Part shown: positions 1-13,629 of the stretch, one piece after another
How the letters are laid out: each line of letters begins with the position of its first letter
How positions within the stretch are numbered: position 1 is the stretch's first letter
Origin: Azolla caroliniana
Taxonomy: Eukaryota; Plantae; Polypodiophyta
DNA: 30,950 nt
Direction: 5' to 3'
Assembly: GCA_043228905.1 (NCBI GenBank)
Contig: JBHGNT010000367.1
Span: 1-30,950 of the forward strand
Translations under genes and position numbers: made by a program
The notes under the pieces: model-generated
Told to the model about the DNA's origin: nothing
Databases searched by the model: none
What the model saw: only the letters and a program-made list of their open reading frames with translations

Positions 1-3000
1 ATGACAGGAGAAACCCCTAACGGAAAACGTCAAGTTTCAAACTAAATACGAGTATATACCCTAGATGAAAGAGTTAAATTATTAGGATTTGCCTTTTATC
101 AAGAAGTATATGTTTGACCATTAACACTAACGTACTAGTACACAAGAGATCCTTGCATATTATTTAGTATTTACGACACACGTTCAACATCAAATAATCC
201 TTTTGTTAAATATCAACTTATCTTTCTCACCTTAGGTTAGTAATCATGCTCATTCTCAACTATTAAACATTTCAGATAAGATTATTTCACATAACCACTT
301 CTTTGTACATAAAATAAGTTGGTATTGATTTGAAGATCACAAATATTCAGATTAAGATAAGCAACATAACATGGCATCATTATGTTTGATGTGAATGATC
401 TTTAGATTGTAGCATGGCTTATTATGCTTGTTGGGCTTTGATGCTTGTGCATTTTTTCAGAATGCCATGTTTGAAGAATTTGTGACTATATTTTGCATGA
501 TGCAAACACGATAAGGTTGCCTATCATTTCACTATGTACATATGTTTTTTTTCCAAAAAATATATGTACATATGTTGTGTTTATGATACTCATAGGTAAG
601 TTAATATAAGAGGAAATATGTTACCACAAGATATGGAAGTTATATGTCCATTCTAACACTTCCCCTTCAAAAATTGATGAACCTTATTTAGATTTTTGCA
701 TACTTTGATCAAAGGTTTTGCCTACACCTCCAAGACAAGTATTGATTCCTTTATGCAATCCTAGAATTATTATTTTTAAACATGCACCAACACCAAAGGT
801 CATAGGGAAGACCATTGTCAAATCCCTTGATTGTGTTGTGTAGAATCAACAATCGACAATGAAGTAACGATAATGTGATGGTTCTTAGAGTTACATGCAT
901 GGGGAGGTAACAAGATCAATAAAGTATTGTTTATGAATCTCTCTCCCCCCCCCCCCCCCTAGATATGTGAAATTGCAAGCTCGCTATACAACACCTCGTC
1001 ATATGTGCAACTAAAAGATATTCGACATAGTGGTAAAATGCCCTTTTTTGGGATAACATCTTGTTTACGTGAAGGGTGATGATCATTGATTGTTCAATCT
1101 ATGTCATATAAAGTTGCAAACTTTTTTTTTAAATAACATTTTTGTTTCCATCAACTAAAATAAACTTATCATTAGCATACTTGACATAGGGTTGTCATTC
1201 AGGAGGCCTTGTATTAATGATTTCATATCTAAACTTTTCTACTTCCAATTTACAAAAGAAAATACAATATTAACACATTTCTCATTTGAGAATTTTTATT
1301 GTTTAAGATCTAATCAAGGAGAGGAATGAATTAGATAGCACATTCACATAAAGTACAACGGTATAAGTAGCTTGCATCTAGTTAGTGGCACCATGACTTA
1401 GCATTGTAACGTGGTTTGTTTCTCATTAGCTTACTATACTTGGAAAAACATATAGAATAGCATTATACAAGAATTTCTTGCAACTATGCATCTCTTATTG
1501 ATAATGTTCGTTATATCATCGAGCAATGGATTATTATAGTTAATGGAGTTTATGTGCATATGCAATGGCACACTACATTGATGTTACATTCTGCATTGTA
1601 ATCATTCGTGGTCAATATCTCAAAGACCTAAATGAATTTGACATTGAAACAAATATTTGAAAATGTTGAAACTTGATCCGAAGAAGGCAATCTTCTAATT
1701 GTTTATGTTAATTATACAAATGTTTATTGTCACATCATGGTTCCAAGTTCCAACCTCTAATGAAAATATAACTATTGAAATATAAAATAGAATCTCATCG
1801 TTTCTATACATGTTAAGAGCAAACTTTAAACTCAAGGGTTTGGAAGCCTACACCCTTTAGCTCTATGAAATTCTTTATAATATTCTCCGAGGTTTAGAGA
1901 ACTTCACATTTGCTAACCATGAGAAAAGGTTTACCAAATGCCTCTTAATTCAAGAATATATCAATACTATATAACCACCTCTTAAGGCCAAAAATAATGA
2001 CCATGAGCTTCACTTTTTATCAACTTTTCTCCATACTCTACTCGTTGTGCTACATTTATCCAAAATCACTTGAAAACAATATGGAGCGATTCTATGTTTG
2101 TTGCAACATGTAGTATGTATGAGCCTCTACAAAAAGGTTACAACCCTTCTAATTTTCTTTTATCTATTATAACAAATCCATGAAAATTGTAATTTGTTGA
2201 ACTCAATATAAGATCATGGGCCCAACTTTGACACAAATAACTTACTTCTAATTTGTAGATTCTAACTAGCTCCCCATGCATTGAATGGCAAACAATATAT
2301 CCATGTGTGTTTTTGCTTATGATATAACACTTTCTATTCCCAAATTCTCAATCAAGAATTACTAGAATGTAAAAACTAAAATTGATCCATTCAACAAAAT
2401 GAGGCCTCAGAGATCGTGGGAATCAATTGTTTGATCCATAAAGCTTGCCAATACATCAATGAGCATTAGAAATTTATCTGAATGGAGCTAAAGGACAATC
2501 TTGCTTTATATAGTGTTTAATGAGAAGGAAGAGTGTGAATAGAAAGCCATTGAGATTAACAAGACAAATAGCAAAGTTCCTCCCCAAAGGTATATCCGAG
2601 TGCATGTCTCAAAGGTTTTTAAGCGACATGTCCTTTCATATGCTTTAAAAAGTTGATCTAGGAAAGATAGTGTTCAATTCCTTATAATAGAAACTATTGT
2701 GCGTTTGCCTTGTACAAACCTTTTTCCCTTTGAGATCAACCTTCTAACCATGTGACATGAGACTCTATGATCGACAACTTAGGAATATTCATGTGACATG
2801 AGACTATGAGGTCTATAATCTTGGAGGTTACATTGTAGGAATAGTAATGGGCCTACAATAGGTTACTTCCTCCTTCCCAACATTTTTAGCAGTGTAACAA
2901 GAGAACTAAATGTCGGTGGATGTCATGTTTTGTGTGCAATGGTATGACCTAAGAGTAATTCACACTTCTTATAGGACATACGTCCTTTCAAACTTTGCTT

Positions 3001-4759
3001 TTCTTGATGGTTTATAATCTTGTGCAATGCTTATGCATTAAATACAAGGACAAATGATCAAAATGTCGTTTAGTTATGCCACCATTCCCAAAATGTGATA
3101 CGACTTTACGAACTTCCTAAAGTCCCACACATTTTGGGAAGCCAATAAATTTGAGTACTTGTTGAGATTTGATAATAATGAACATAGTTATGAGACCCTA
3201 GACACCGTCGTACAATGTTTTTTCATGTTCCCTCACCAATTCTTCTTGAATTGACGATGAAGTGTGTGACTAAGTATACCCAAACTTGAGAAGAATGGGA
3301 CAATTAATTAAACCTTCAGCAATTAGCAAATTAACTACATGTCTTATTATTGAGGATTAAATTAACTGTGTGAGAGAAGGGAAGAACTGTTGGTGTGATG
3401 TGGCTCTACAAATATCAGTACTAAAATGCAAAACTTTTGGAATTTCTTAAACTTGAGGGCATTTTAGTTGAGAAGTTTTTATTTTGCCATAAATAATGCA
3501 ATGCCTTTTTGTGGGTGTGTTTGATAGTGCCCTAGTTAATGACATGGGGTTCCTATGTTGGACAACAGGATTTCATATGGTTGTGAGAGAGTTGCCATTT
3601 CATATGAAGCATCTCCGGGTATAATTTCAACATCTTAATCTTATATTCTAGTTTTCGTATTTCCTCTATCATTTTAAGGCTTTCCATTCAAAAAATTGTC
3701 ATGTAATGTTCATGTCAAAGAGGCAATTCATTAATTTTGTCTATGAGGTTCCAATGAGTTTGTAAGTTTTAGGATATCAAAATAATATGGAACATTGTAG
3801 ATACTAATTCAAGATTATAAAGGGACAAGGTTGTCTTTGGGAAGTAAATAAGTTTGCAATTGGTGATGGAATTCAGAAAATTAAAGGTTTGCACATTCTG
3901 TTGGTACTTCACACATAGAAAAGAATGAAATCGTCTCCATTCAATTGGTAAAAGCATCCTCAAGCCACGAGATGTCATAAAACCCTCAATCCAAGACATA
4001 TTGCTAATGGGAACAAGGAGTTAATTGAAGATAAAAAAATGTCTTGGAAGGCCTATGAAACTGCCAAAACTATCATTCGTGTGGGTTAAATATGCATAGG
4101 AAAAGGTGATTTGAGAAAACTCAAAACTCAAATACATACAAACATAAAAATAAAATTCCAAACCAAAGATAAGGAAGCATATCCAAAATGTAGGCAACGT
4201 CTATGGCTCGAGTGTGTATAATTGAATGATGAGGATCGAATCATCAACTTATTGTAACATACAAGCATGTTAAACTCTAATCCAAAATTGCTTTCAATCA
4301 AGCATATGTGTATTATGTGACATTGGGTTGTGATTAATCAGGATGCCCAAAAGTTGTACTTTGGAGAGAAAAAAAAAGCTTCCGTGTAAAAAAATGTAGA
4401 GAAGTAAATGCAGCTAGAGAATAGCATAGAACAAATTTGTTATCATCCACGAGGATACCGAGGTTGACGAATGCAATGGAATAAACACATCATCTCGTTT
4501 GTGATTCGTTTCTAAGAAGTTCGGGGAGGGGGCAAGGGTTACTACTCTATAGTAAAAAAATTGTATGTGCGAAAATAATGCATGTACAATTTTTTTGCTT
4601 CACCCTTCTTGATGGAGAGAGAAAGGGATTTCACCCCACCTTGTCCATCAAAAGTGTGGCATAGTGTTTAGGGTTTAACATGAACAATGCGGCCAAAAGT
4701 GTGGCATTTTTTTGCGGAGCACGTATGGAGTTGAGTGGCAATGGGAGAGATGCCCATAA

Positions 4760-4772
4760 TGTGTGTGTGTGT

Positions 4773-4848
<76 letters not shown>

Positions 4849-4871
4849 AGAGAGAGAGAGGAGGGGGGGGG
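4760..4871. repeat. Compound microsatellite: (TG)~44, then (GA)n and a G-run
   Basis: Read directly from the sequence, with one TA interruption in the TG tract. It explains the spurious HT/CV-repeat ORFs. Confidence 0.97.
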
Positions 4872-5515
4872 AGATATGAAGATTTTTGGGTGGGCGGGGG
4901 TTCGAATTCTCTCAACTTTCAAGAAGGATCCAAACTAACTACAATACATAAGGAAGAAATGGGGCTTCTTCTTTTTATATTTATTAAAAAATCAAAGAAA
5001 TGATTGAGAGGGGTAGCACTTAGCAGTAGGAATAGCATATATATATATACATATATATGTAGATGGATAGGGGGGCGGGGGGATTGTACGTACGTCAAGG
5101 GTTCGATTCCTTGCCACTGACACTTTCTTCAGACACCATAAATTCAAGAAAAACATTTAATAATGGCAAATTAATTAATCAATCCATTTATTTAAAATAC
5201 AAATAGACAGCCCTTTATTATCCAAATTACTCTCTCTCTCTCTCTCTATTTACTTACTTGCCCATCACTTCACGTTTCCTCTTACATTTTGTACGATTTC
5301 TTCCTCTTCTTCTTCTTCTTCTTCTTCTTCTTTTACTATTCATTTCGTCTCACATTTTTATGAAAAATAAAATCCAATTTTGCAGGGAATATTAATGATT
5401 ATCAAATTTTTATCGAGCAGTGTTTTCCTTCTTCTTTGCATTATTTACTTCTCGTAATAATTTAGTTGCTTTACCCAAGGCTCTCTTTTTGAGTGTGGAT
5501 TTTGGGTGCCTTAAT

Positions 5516-5628
5516 GATATATGAACATGCATGCATACATGCATACATGCATATATGTATGTATGTATGTATGTATCTTATGTGTGTGTGTATGGATGTG
5601 TGTATGTATATGTATGTATGTATGTATT
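5516..5628. repeat. (CATG/CATA)n-(TATG)n low-complexity repeat
   Basis: Read directly from the sequence; partly self-complementary. Confidence 0.9.
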
Positions 5629-8600
5629 TGCTCTCTTTCTTCTTCATCTTCTCCTTACAAAACCCATCATGGTTCCTTCTTTTTGTCCACATCGTGATCT
5701 CTGTATACCTCCTCATTTAATCCCCTCATTAATGTGAATCCAATCAATCGAGCTTATGTTGATCTCCTTGTATTTAACAACTAGTTCCCTCGACCGGCTG
5801 ATTGATCCATCAGTTCCTTTTTGCCCTCCCATTGTTTCGTTTCTAGCCTAGTTTCCAACAATCTCCGCATTATGTGGTTTTCCCGCGCACCAGAGTAAAG
5901 AGTGACTACTCTCTACTATTGGCAACACCTTATTGGTTGTAAATAGATCCAAGGGTGGACAACAATGACATGGCTAGACATAAACATTGACAATATGGGA
6001 TGGTTGTGACTTTTGGAATGGATGTTTCATCTAGAATGCTTGCCATATGGACACAAATGCGTAATTCCTAAGGGGTTTGTTTTACCACTACAAAAGACCT
6101 TGAAAATAGGAATTGTAAAAAACCGAACTCAACCACCTTAGAAGTCAAGGGTTATCATTGTGTCAAGGGTTATCATTGTATCAAGTGTCTACGAACAATG
6201 AACAACTAACTAGTTGCTAAGCTTGAGTGTGTGATGTGAGATTTGACTCAAACCATTTAGTTGAAAAGAACATGTCGATGCTAGATGAGGGCCTAACATT
6301 AGGATGTAGTTGAGCTTATGAGTGCTACAATTGTAAATACCCAAGAATCCCCCATTTTTTGCATGTATTGTATGTAAGTATGCCAATATATACCTACTAT
6401 ATATGCACTCATTGGATTGATATAATATTAAGACAATCTTAAACTAAGTACATTAACTCTAGACATTAACAATTTAGATGAAGACATATTTCATGACAAG
6501 GATGAATCATGACATACCAATGATTTCCTTGCCCAATTGGTGTTTACAAGTTGGTTCACTTTAGGCACTGGGCCTATCACATCATAATCCTAATGTAGTG
6601 ATAAGAAACTATCATAGTCATTCAGATTACACATCAATGACTTCATTGGCCTAAAGGACAAATAGATGCAACCTAGGCTACAATTTGGGGACTTGTGGCA
6701 TGCCTACCATTTTATAGTTCTAAGATAATCATGAACAACATGGCATCTAAAACCAGAAATTTGTGGCAATTACTAATGTATATGAAGGATTCCTTGGTTT
6801 ATATGAAATTATAAAATTTCACTTATACCATCAGATTCAAAGATTTTATCCTTTTCTATTGTTAAACCTCAAGGTTCCATGTATGTATGTAAAGTATGTG
6901 AATACACAGTTATGCATACATGTGAAATACAAAGCACACTAGTTAGTCCATCTTCGGCAAGTACATTCCTATCTTAAAATTAATAAATGACTTAGATTTG
7001 GGCATGCATATATTGGTTATAATGGATTAAACACCAATAGCTTCTTTGTCCCAAAGGTGTATACAAATTTATTGAACCCTCGGCTTTGGGACTTGAGGTA
7101 TCTCTCTTGTTACATACATGCATATTTGTGAATGTTTGCCCCTCCATAATACAAAATATAAAATAAAATTCAATTATGCAAACATAATTAGGTTGTGAAA
7201 ATATTGCCTTGTAATGTCAAGTTTTCAAGTTTGAGTCTTTAATAACATGGTGTGAGTGGTAAGGATGGATTGATTCCACAACATAGTGCCCACTGCCATG
7301 TGAGTGTATGTGTGCACACTTATTGCATTGATACATAGTGAAAAAAAATCAGTCATGATGGATTGCGTGCTAATGCCTTCTTGTCAAATGTGTTTCTAAA
7401 TTGATTCAACTTAAACTTCGGGACTTGCGACATCCCACATTGTAATCCTATGAAAATCAGAAAAGCGCATATGATAGTTTACAAAGAAGGATTATTGTCG
7501 GGGGGAAAAAACTTTTTAAACACCACTTTAACGTGAACTCTCTCTCTCTAGTAAGTTGCTATCTAGCAATAGAAGGCATTGGGTTCAAGGATCGACTTTC
7601 ATGCCTCAATATTTCAACGTTCTTGAATATCTTCACTCTTTATTGATTCCACACACACTACGTGAATATGTTTAATTCAACTCGATTGGTCATATTTAGC
7701 CTTTGAGGACAATAAGAAAATGTATGTCTCTTTCTCTCCTCTCCATGGGGTAGGCCCCATCCCATAGATTGCAATCTATCATTGTGGACATTAAAAAGTG
7801 CCCCCCCCCCTCTCTCTCTCTCGCTACGTGTGTGTGTGTGTACTTCTTGTCTAAGTGGTTCACATGTATCGTCGACCGATATACACGTGCATAATTTTTA
7901 TGAATCAAATGGATAAATTTAAATAGACCTTCACAAATGATTTGAAGTAAAACCACAATATTTGCACGTCGTGCAACAAGCATGGTACCACATAAAAAAA
8001 CCCTCATTGCGATATTTCATCTTCACAACCATGAAAATGTTTCTTTTGATCAATAACATCATTTGCCAATGGGTTCGAACATATTGGTAGAGTCACAAGT
8101 GTGTGTGAGCATATTTTGTTTTAGGCCAAAACACAAAAAATTCTAGAACAAAGTTTGCTTTAAGGCAAAAAGCACCCCTTCCTTTTCAGATATTTCTAGA
8201 AGCATTCATAATTTGTCAAAACCAACCATATTACTTTGTAAGTGCCAACAAAAGTTGTCGGACGCACCATTCAAGTCATTTTTAGAGCTTAGGTTGGTTT
8301 GGTAAACACCCAAACAATTCTGATGTTTTTTCCTATGTTATATGAATATCATGAGATACTTCAAAGATTGGAGGATAGAAAGACGAGAAGATGAGGATGT
8401 CCAATCACCTACTAAACAATCTAAATCCAAGATTTGGTCTTAATCTCAATACCAAATTTGATGACGTCAAAGGGCATGGTAAACGAGCATTACATACATA
8501 AATGCTTCTCTTCCTAGATTAACAAGGATAAGCAAGAGAGCACATTAGGACAAGTTTCCTAATAAGTTACGAGGATATGATTGGTTTCCCATCTATGCGA

Positions 8601-8972
8601 TAAATTTCCTTCTCATGATTCAACATTTGTTCTGCTTTTTCATGAAAGAAACAAAAACAAAGGGGGAATCATATTCTCATAAACATCAAGAGGGTAAAGA
8701 TCAACATTTACCTTTGCACTGAGATGCTTTCCTTTTTTTGCTCTCGCTTTGTTTGCATAGTCCTATGTCACACGTTGCTTGCAAACAAAATATACCCTTA
8801 GAGTATGCCTTAAGTTTTGAGAGCAAACCGTGCATGCCTATGTGTGTGGGCCAACTTTGAAGCTTGGAATGTGGAAGTTTTACTTGGAAACCCTTCCTCG
8901 TGAAAATCTTACCCTTCACGTAATTTTCTGTGCTGAAATTCAAATGATGCACATACCAATTCTACCTTAAAC

Positions 8973-9008
<36 letters not shown>

Positions 9009-12000
9009 TGATACTTAAGGACAAGACCCTACCCTGTCACTCTCCTGTAGAAGTGGGTCCTAACTCCTAACTTGTAAGTAGTTGTCTATTGCACCTTAAA
9101 AGGTAAGGTAAACTAGTAAGTTTATAAAATTCAACTATTATATGTTTGCCTTTCTAAAATTCTTAAACCCATATAATGCCTCCTACTTCACATGAATTAA
9201 GAGAATCAATTACATAGGTATACCGTACGAAGACAAAGGCTACCATTAATTTTCTCGTCTAAAACGAACTTAGACTCATGTAGGAAATATCTAGTGGATT
9301 ATTTTCAATAAATGTATCTCTCATACGCTCATTATCATGAATATGGTCATGTGGTCACTATTCTTGCATGTCCATACATTAACATATAGTATTGTGAATG
9401 AATAACATTTTGTAATTTGCTAGCTTTTTTCTAAACCATTTCAATCGTTATGAACACACTTATTTTTTTGTGACTACATAATTTGCAAGTCACTGAGATT
9501 ACCAATTATCCTGTGCATAATTGCTACATTGTCTTCCGTCAATTTGGGTTTGTTGCAAAGTATTTTGACTTGAACCACAACCCAATAGTTAAAGCGAGGT
9601 CTTAGTTCTATTTATGCCTAATATAGATAATTGTTAAGCCAAAACCTAACTATGGTACTGGTAGCCATATGCACATACCACTATGGGCACACAATGTGAC
9701 GAGTCACGACCATATGAAACATGTTAATGACATGTACCATACATAAGTGTCAAGTAAGCACATAGTTCAACATGCATGGTTATTTAGTAAAAAACATAAA
9801 ATGCCTTCCATATGTTTTACATGAACTTAGACATTCTAGGAATAATAATTACATGGTAGGAAGTGACCATCTGTTATTTTTATAACCACAAAAGATAACA
9901 ATGTGGAACACGGGAAGTAAGTCTTGCTAACTTGTAACTTGTAATAATAAAAAAACGATTCTATTGTGCGTAAGAGATACTAGATTGCTTCAACCACTCA
10001 AATCAAGAAATTTAGGGTTAAAAGAGATATAAACTTGCATAGTACATCATGTGTGGACAGAGAAATAGCATGTTGATGAGAAAGAAATAGATTATAAAGT
10101 GAAATAGATAGATATGAAGATGGAGAGTCAAAAGACGAGTTGGATTTAAGTTGCGACACAATTCTATTTTCGTTGCAAACATTTGCTATGAAAATCTACA
10201 TTTCTTTTTGGATATCAGTTCCTTGCCGTTCAAAACAAATGCATCATGAGAACTCAAACGGATATTGAGTGTGCGTGCCTATAGCCACATCCTTTACCTT
10301 TAGAGATAACATGATCTTCACTTTTAGAGATGAGAGGTGTTTGCTTGTGTACAACGATGTAACTTCCTTTGAGTGTGAACACAAACACACAGACACTCAT
10401 AATCAATGACAAAGGTCTTGTGAGGTCCCATTGGATGGAAGCATACACATATGGTTATGATAAAGATAGAGGGGACTTTATTGTTCGTGATATGATAAAC
10501 GTGACAACCCTTCATACATTATAAAACCTTCTCTGGATATAAGGTTGTAGACACATTACATTTTATATTTGTAGTATTTGAAATCCCAACAATGTTTTTG
10601 ATTTTCCTAACTTTCCAAGTAAGGCATGCCTTCTAACCTTTGGACTCTTACTTTGGAGCTCCACGGTATCCTCAACAATTATAACATAAAGTTTTATATG
10701 GATACCAAAATTGGTCATGCTCGGTATGTAAAACACAAATGAGAAGGCAAGTGCGTGTATAAAAAATGTATATAGAAGTGCTAATGGAAGTAGGCCATGA
10801 AACAAACTAACATCGAGGTAAATACTGAAGAATGAAGTTTTATTCAGGAGCAAGTTGTGAACTCAATCATCAACAAAACATCAATGTACATATATATATA
10901 TATACATATAAATATGTTGAATGTCCAATTGGTATAAGAAATGTTTATTAGCTTTAATAAATTACAACACATTCAACGATTCCTTGAATAGACATTTATG
11001 AATAAACCAAATTATAGAATCTTTTTTTTTTTTGAACTTGAATGAAACATCATATTTTATGGTAAAAGAGAAGAAGACGAAGAAGATGTGTGTGTAGCAG
11101 TGTATAAAGTCAAATGTATTTAATCACATCTTCATCGAGTGCAAAGGGTATATAGTATGCAATTTTTGTTACCACTAAGTTTGAAGATAATAGTTGTCGC
11201 AATACATGACATTTATGATCACACACTAGTTTCAATGGGTCAGGTCAACATGTAAAAAAGCAGAATGTCCAAGCGACACTTCCTTGGCTTTAGAAAGACA
11301 CATCTCGAAAGTGAATGTAAAGGAAAGGCATCAAAAGCGTATGGAATTTAAGACCAATGAAAACCAACCCCATCATTTCAAACTCTCGAAACTTCACATG
11401 AAAAATTAGCTCTAAAGTCTTATGATTAATCTCACTAGTTCTTAGGGCATTACTTTAGGCACATGATATTCGATATGCCATTTCACGTGCAACTAAAACT
11501 GTACAGTTTCATTAAACATTCGAAAAAATGAATGAGTACGTAATGGGACAAGCTTTTTATCACCACATAAACTAGTTTTTTTTATTTGTATTACAAGAAG
11601 CATGTTCTCCTGGAAGAGTTTGGTCGTTTCCATGACAATACATGCAAGCATGTTTCAACATAAGTTTTATATGTTCAAATGATATAATTTGTTAGGTTCC
11701 TTGTGAGGACAAAATTAGCATTCAATCGTCACAATATGAAAAGGTTTTGATTATTTATTTGGTTATACCAAATATTCTCTTTTGCATTGTTTGGCAAACA
11801 CAAAATAGAGATTTGTATGGGGACATTTGATTATGTGGGCCTTGAGTTAACATAAACTATTACGCACATCTCCTAAAACCCTTGCAAATTTTGATATGGT
11901 TCAAACGACACAAAAGCATAGAGTTGTATTTTTTTAAGGTGTATTCTCCTTCTTAAGAATCCATAGTGAAATTCGATACAATTCAAGCAATCTAAAGGTG

Positions 12001-12989
12001 ACGGTGCATTTAAACTAGAATTTGAGTTGGATTTCAATCTCTATCACATACACTTGATCAAGTTTATTTGTGTAAGCATTAGTTTTAATATTGGGTTTCA
12101 TTTTTCCCATGTTTCTTAAATTGTTTCATCTCATATTAGCTAGATAGAGGTGAGTATGTACAATGTTTAAAACCTATTGTGGCCTAAGTGTCTACTCCTC
12201 TCCAAGGGCTCCTAGCCCCAAGATACAATTATATTGGTTATCGGTGTATATATTTACGTATGCACTTTGGGGCATGATCTTAAACACGAACCAACCAAAA
12301 AATGGATGGAAAATTGGCTACTTGTTCTTGACATGTATTACTTGGGTGAAGATATTATGTGGCATTTATAGCTAAATCACATAATATTACTGTTTGTCTT
12401 TGTTATTATGCATGTATGAGAACTCCTAGGAATTCCAATGAATGGGGAATGAATTCACATATCCATTCTTGAAAGAAAGGCCATTGGCTATTGAGCTTTC
12501 ACCCAAAAACAATCTCACACATTGAAGCAGGTTGGCAACGATCGAGAGTAAAGACCAAGGCGACTCAAAGGGCACGAGAGGCCACGTTGGGTATGGGCAT
12601 CGCACAACTGTGGGTTTCAGAGGGAGGAGGTGACCTAATACCTTGATCAGAGGCCACGATGGTTTGTCACATCACAATGATAACGCGGGTGGGTCGACGA
12701 TCAGCACGAGTCAGGAAATGGTGTTTGTGGTAACATCTCTAGGAGTAGTTACTGTGGGGTTGGTTGAGCATGTAGCAGGGCAGCAGAAGAGCAAGGAATC
12801 GGGCAGTCGGAAGGGCCATCCCGCACCCCCCCCCCCCTTGCTTGTATGCTCCTCGGGAACCCCCAGGATTTGTTTGTTTTCCCATATCATTCATTATCTC
12901 AAGGAGACAACAATACATGTATGTACTAACTCTCCCCTAATTTAAAACTAGGATTTTGGAGGAAACATTTAGCCAAACTCTTCCAACTA

Positions 12990-13260
12990 TAGAGAAGAAA
13001 AGAGAGAAGAGAGAAGAGAGAGAGGAGAGGAGAGGAGATTGCGTGTACTTCAATCAGTCAATCCAATAGTCCTTTTTCTGCTTTTTTGTTTTTTGTTTTT
13101 GTTTTGTTTTCTCTTTTTGCTTTTTACTCCACTCTCTCTCTATCTCTAGAGACAGACACACTCTCGTTCTCTGCCTCACACGAGCCAATTTGGCCATAAA
13201 AACAGAAACAAAACAGAGCTCTCCATAGCTCTCTCTCTCTCTCTCTCTTTCTCTCTACTC
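12990..13260 (+). promoter_or_regulatory. GA/CT-rich proximal promoter or 5'UTR region of EMS1
   Basis: A (GAGAA/GAGAG)n tract at 12990-13038, CCAAT near 13063 and 13184, and (CT)n tracts. Such tracts are typical near plant transcription starts, but function here is inferred. Confidence 0.45.
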
Positions 13261-13615
13261 TGTTTCCTTTCATCACTATCATCTTCATCAAAACAGAACA
13301 AAAAAAAACAAAACAAGAGCCTTCCATATCCAGGCATATCCATTCCAGTCTCTGTGTTTTCTCACCACTGCCATAGCCCTACTTCTCCTCCTCCTCCTCC
13401 TCCATTCTTCATACAAACCTAAGAATGCAAAAGTACACAGAGCTTTCCATAGCTCTCTCTCTCTCTCCTCTGTTTTTTTCTCTCATATAGCCTCAAAGAA
13501 CAGATCAAGATAAACACACAGCTTTCCATATCCCATTTCTTCGTCTGTTCTCTTTTTCAACCAACATCTTCTTCTTCTTCTTCTCCTGTCTACATTCTTC
13601 ATTCTCTAACTGCAT
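13214..13615 (+). repeat. Diverged ~200-bp tandem duplication immediately upstream of the EMS1 ATG
   Basis: Units start with CAGAGCTYTCCATAGCTCTCTC at 13214 and 13438. Each then shows CTCTGTTT, AACAGA, TTCCATATCC, a CTY tract and CATTCTTCAT in the same order. Confidence 0.75.
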
Positions 13616-13629
13616 TTTCCTCTTATCAG

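Noticed and set aside
5040-5116. Possible tRNA gene ending ...GGTTCGATTCCTTGCCA
   Set aside because: Only a T-arm is present; no acceptor, D or anticodon arms can be folded.
4631-5737. ORFs rich in HT/CV/MY repeats
   Set aside because: They are translations of (TG)n and (TATG)n microsatellites with no domain content.
12643-12945. 100-aa ORF upstream of EMS1
   Set aside because: Non-ATG start, a poly-C-derived Pro run and no family similarity; not a TPD1-like peptide.
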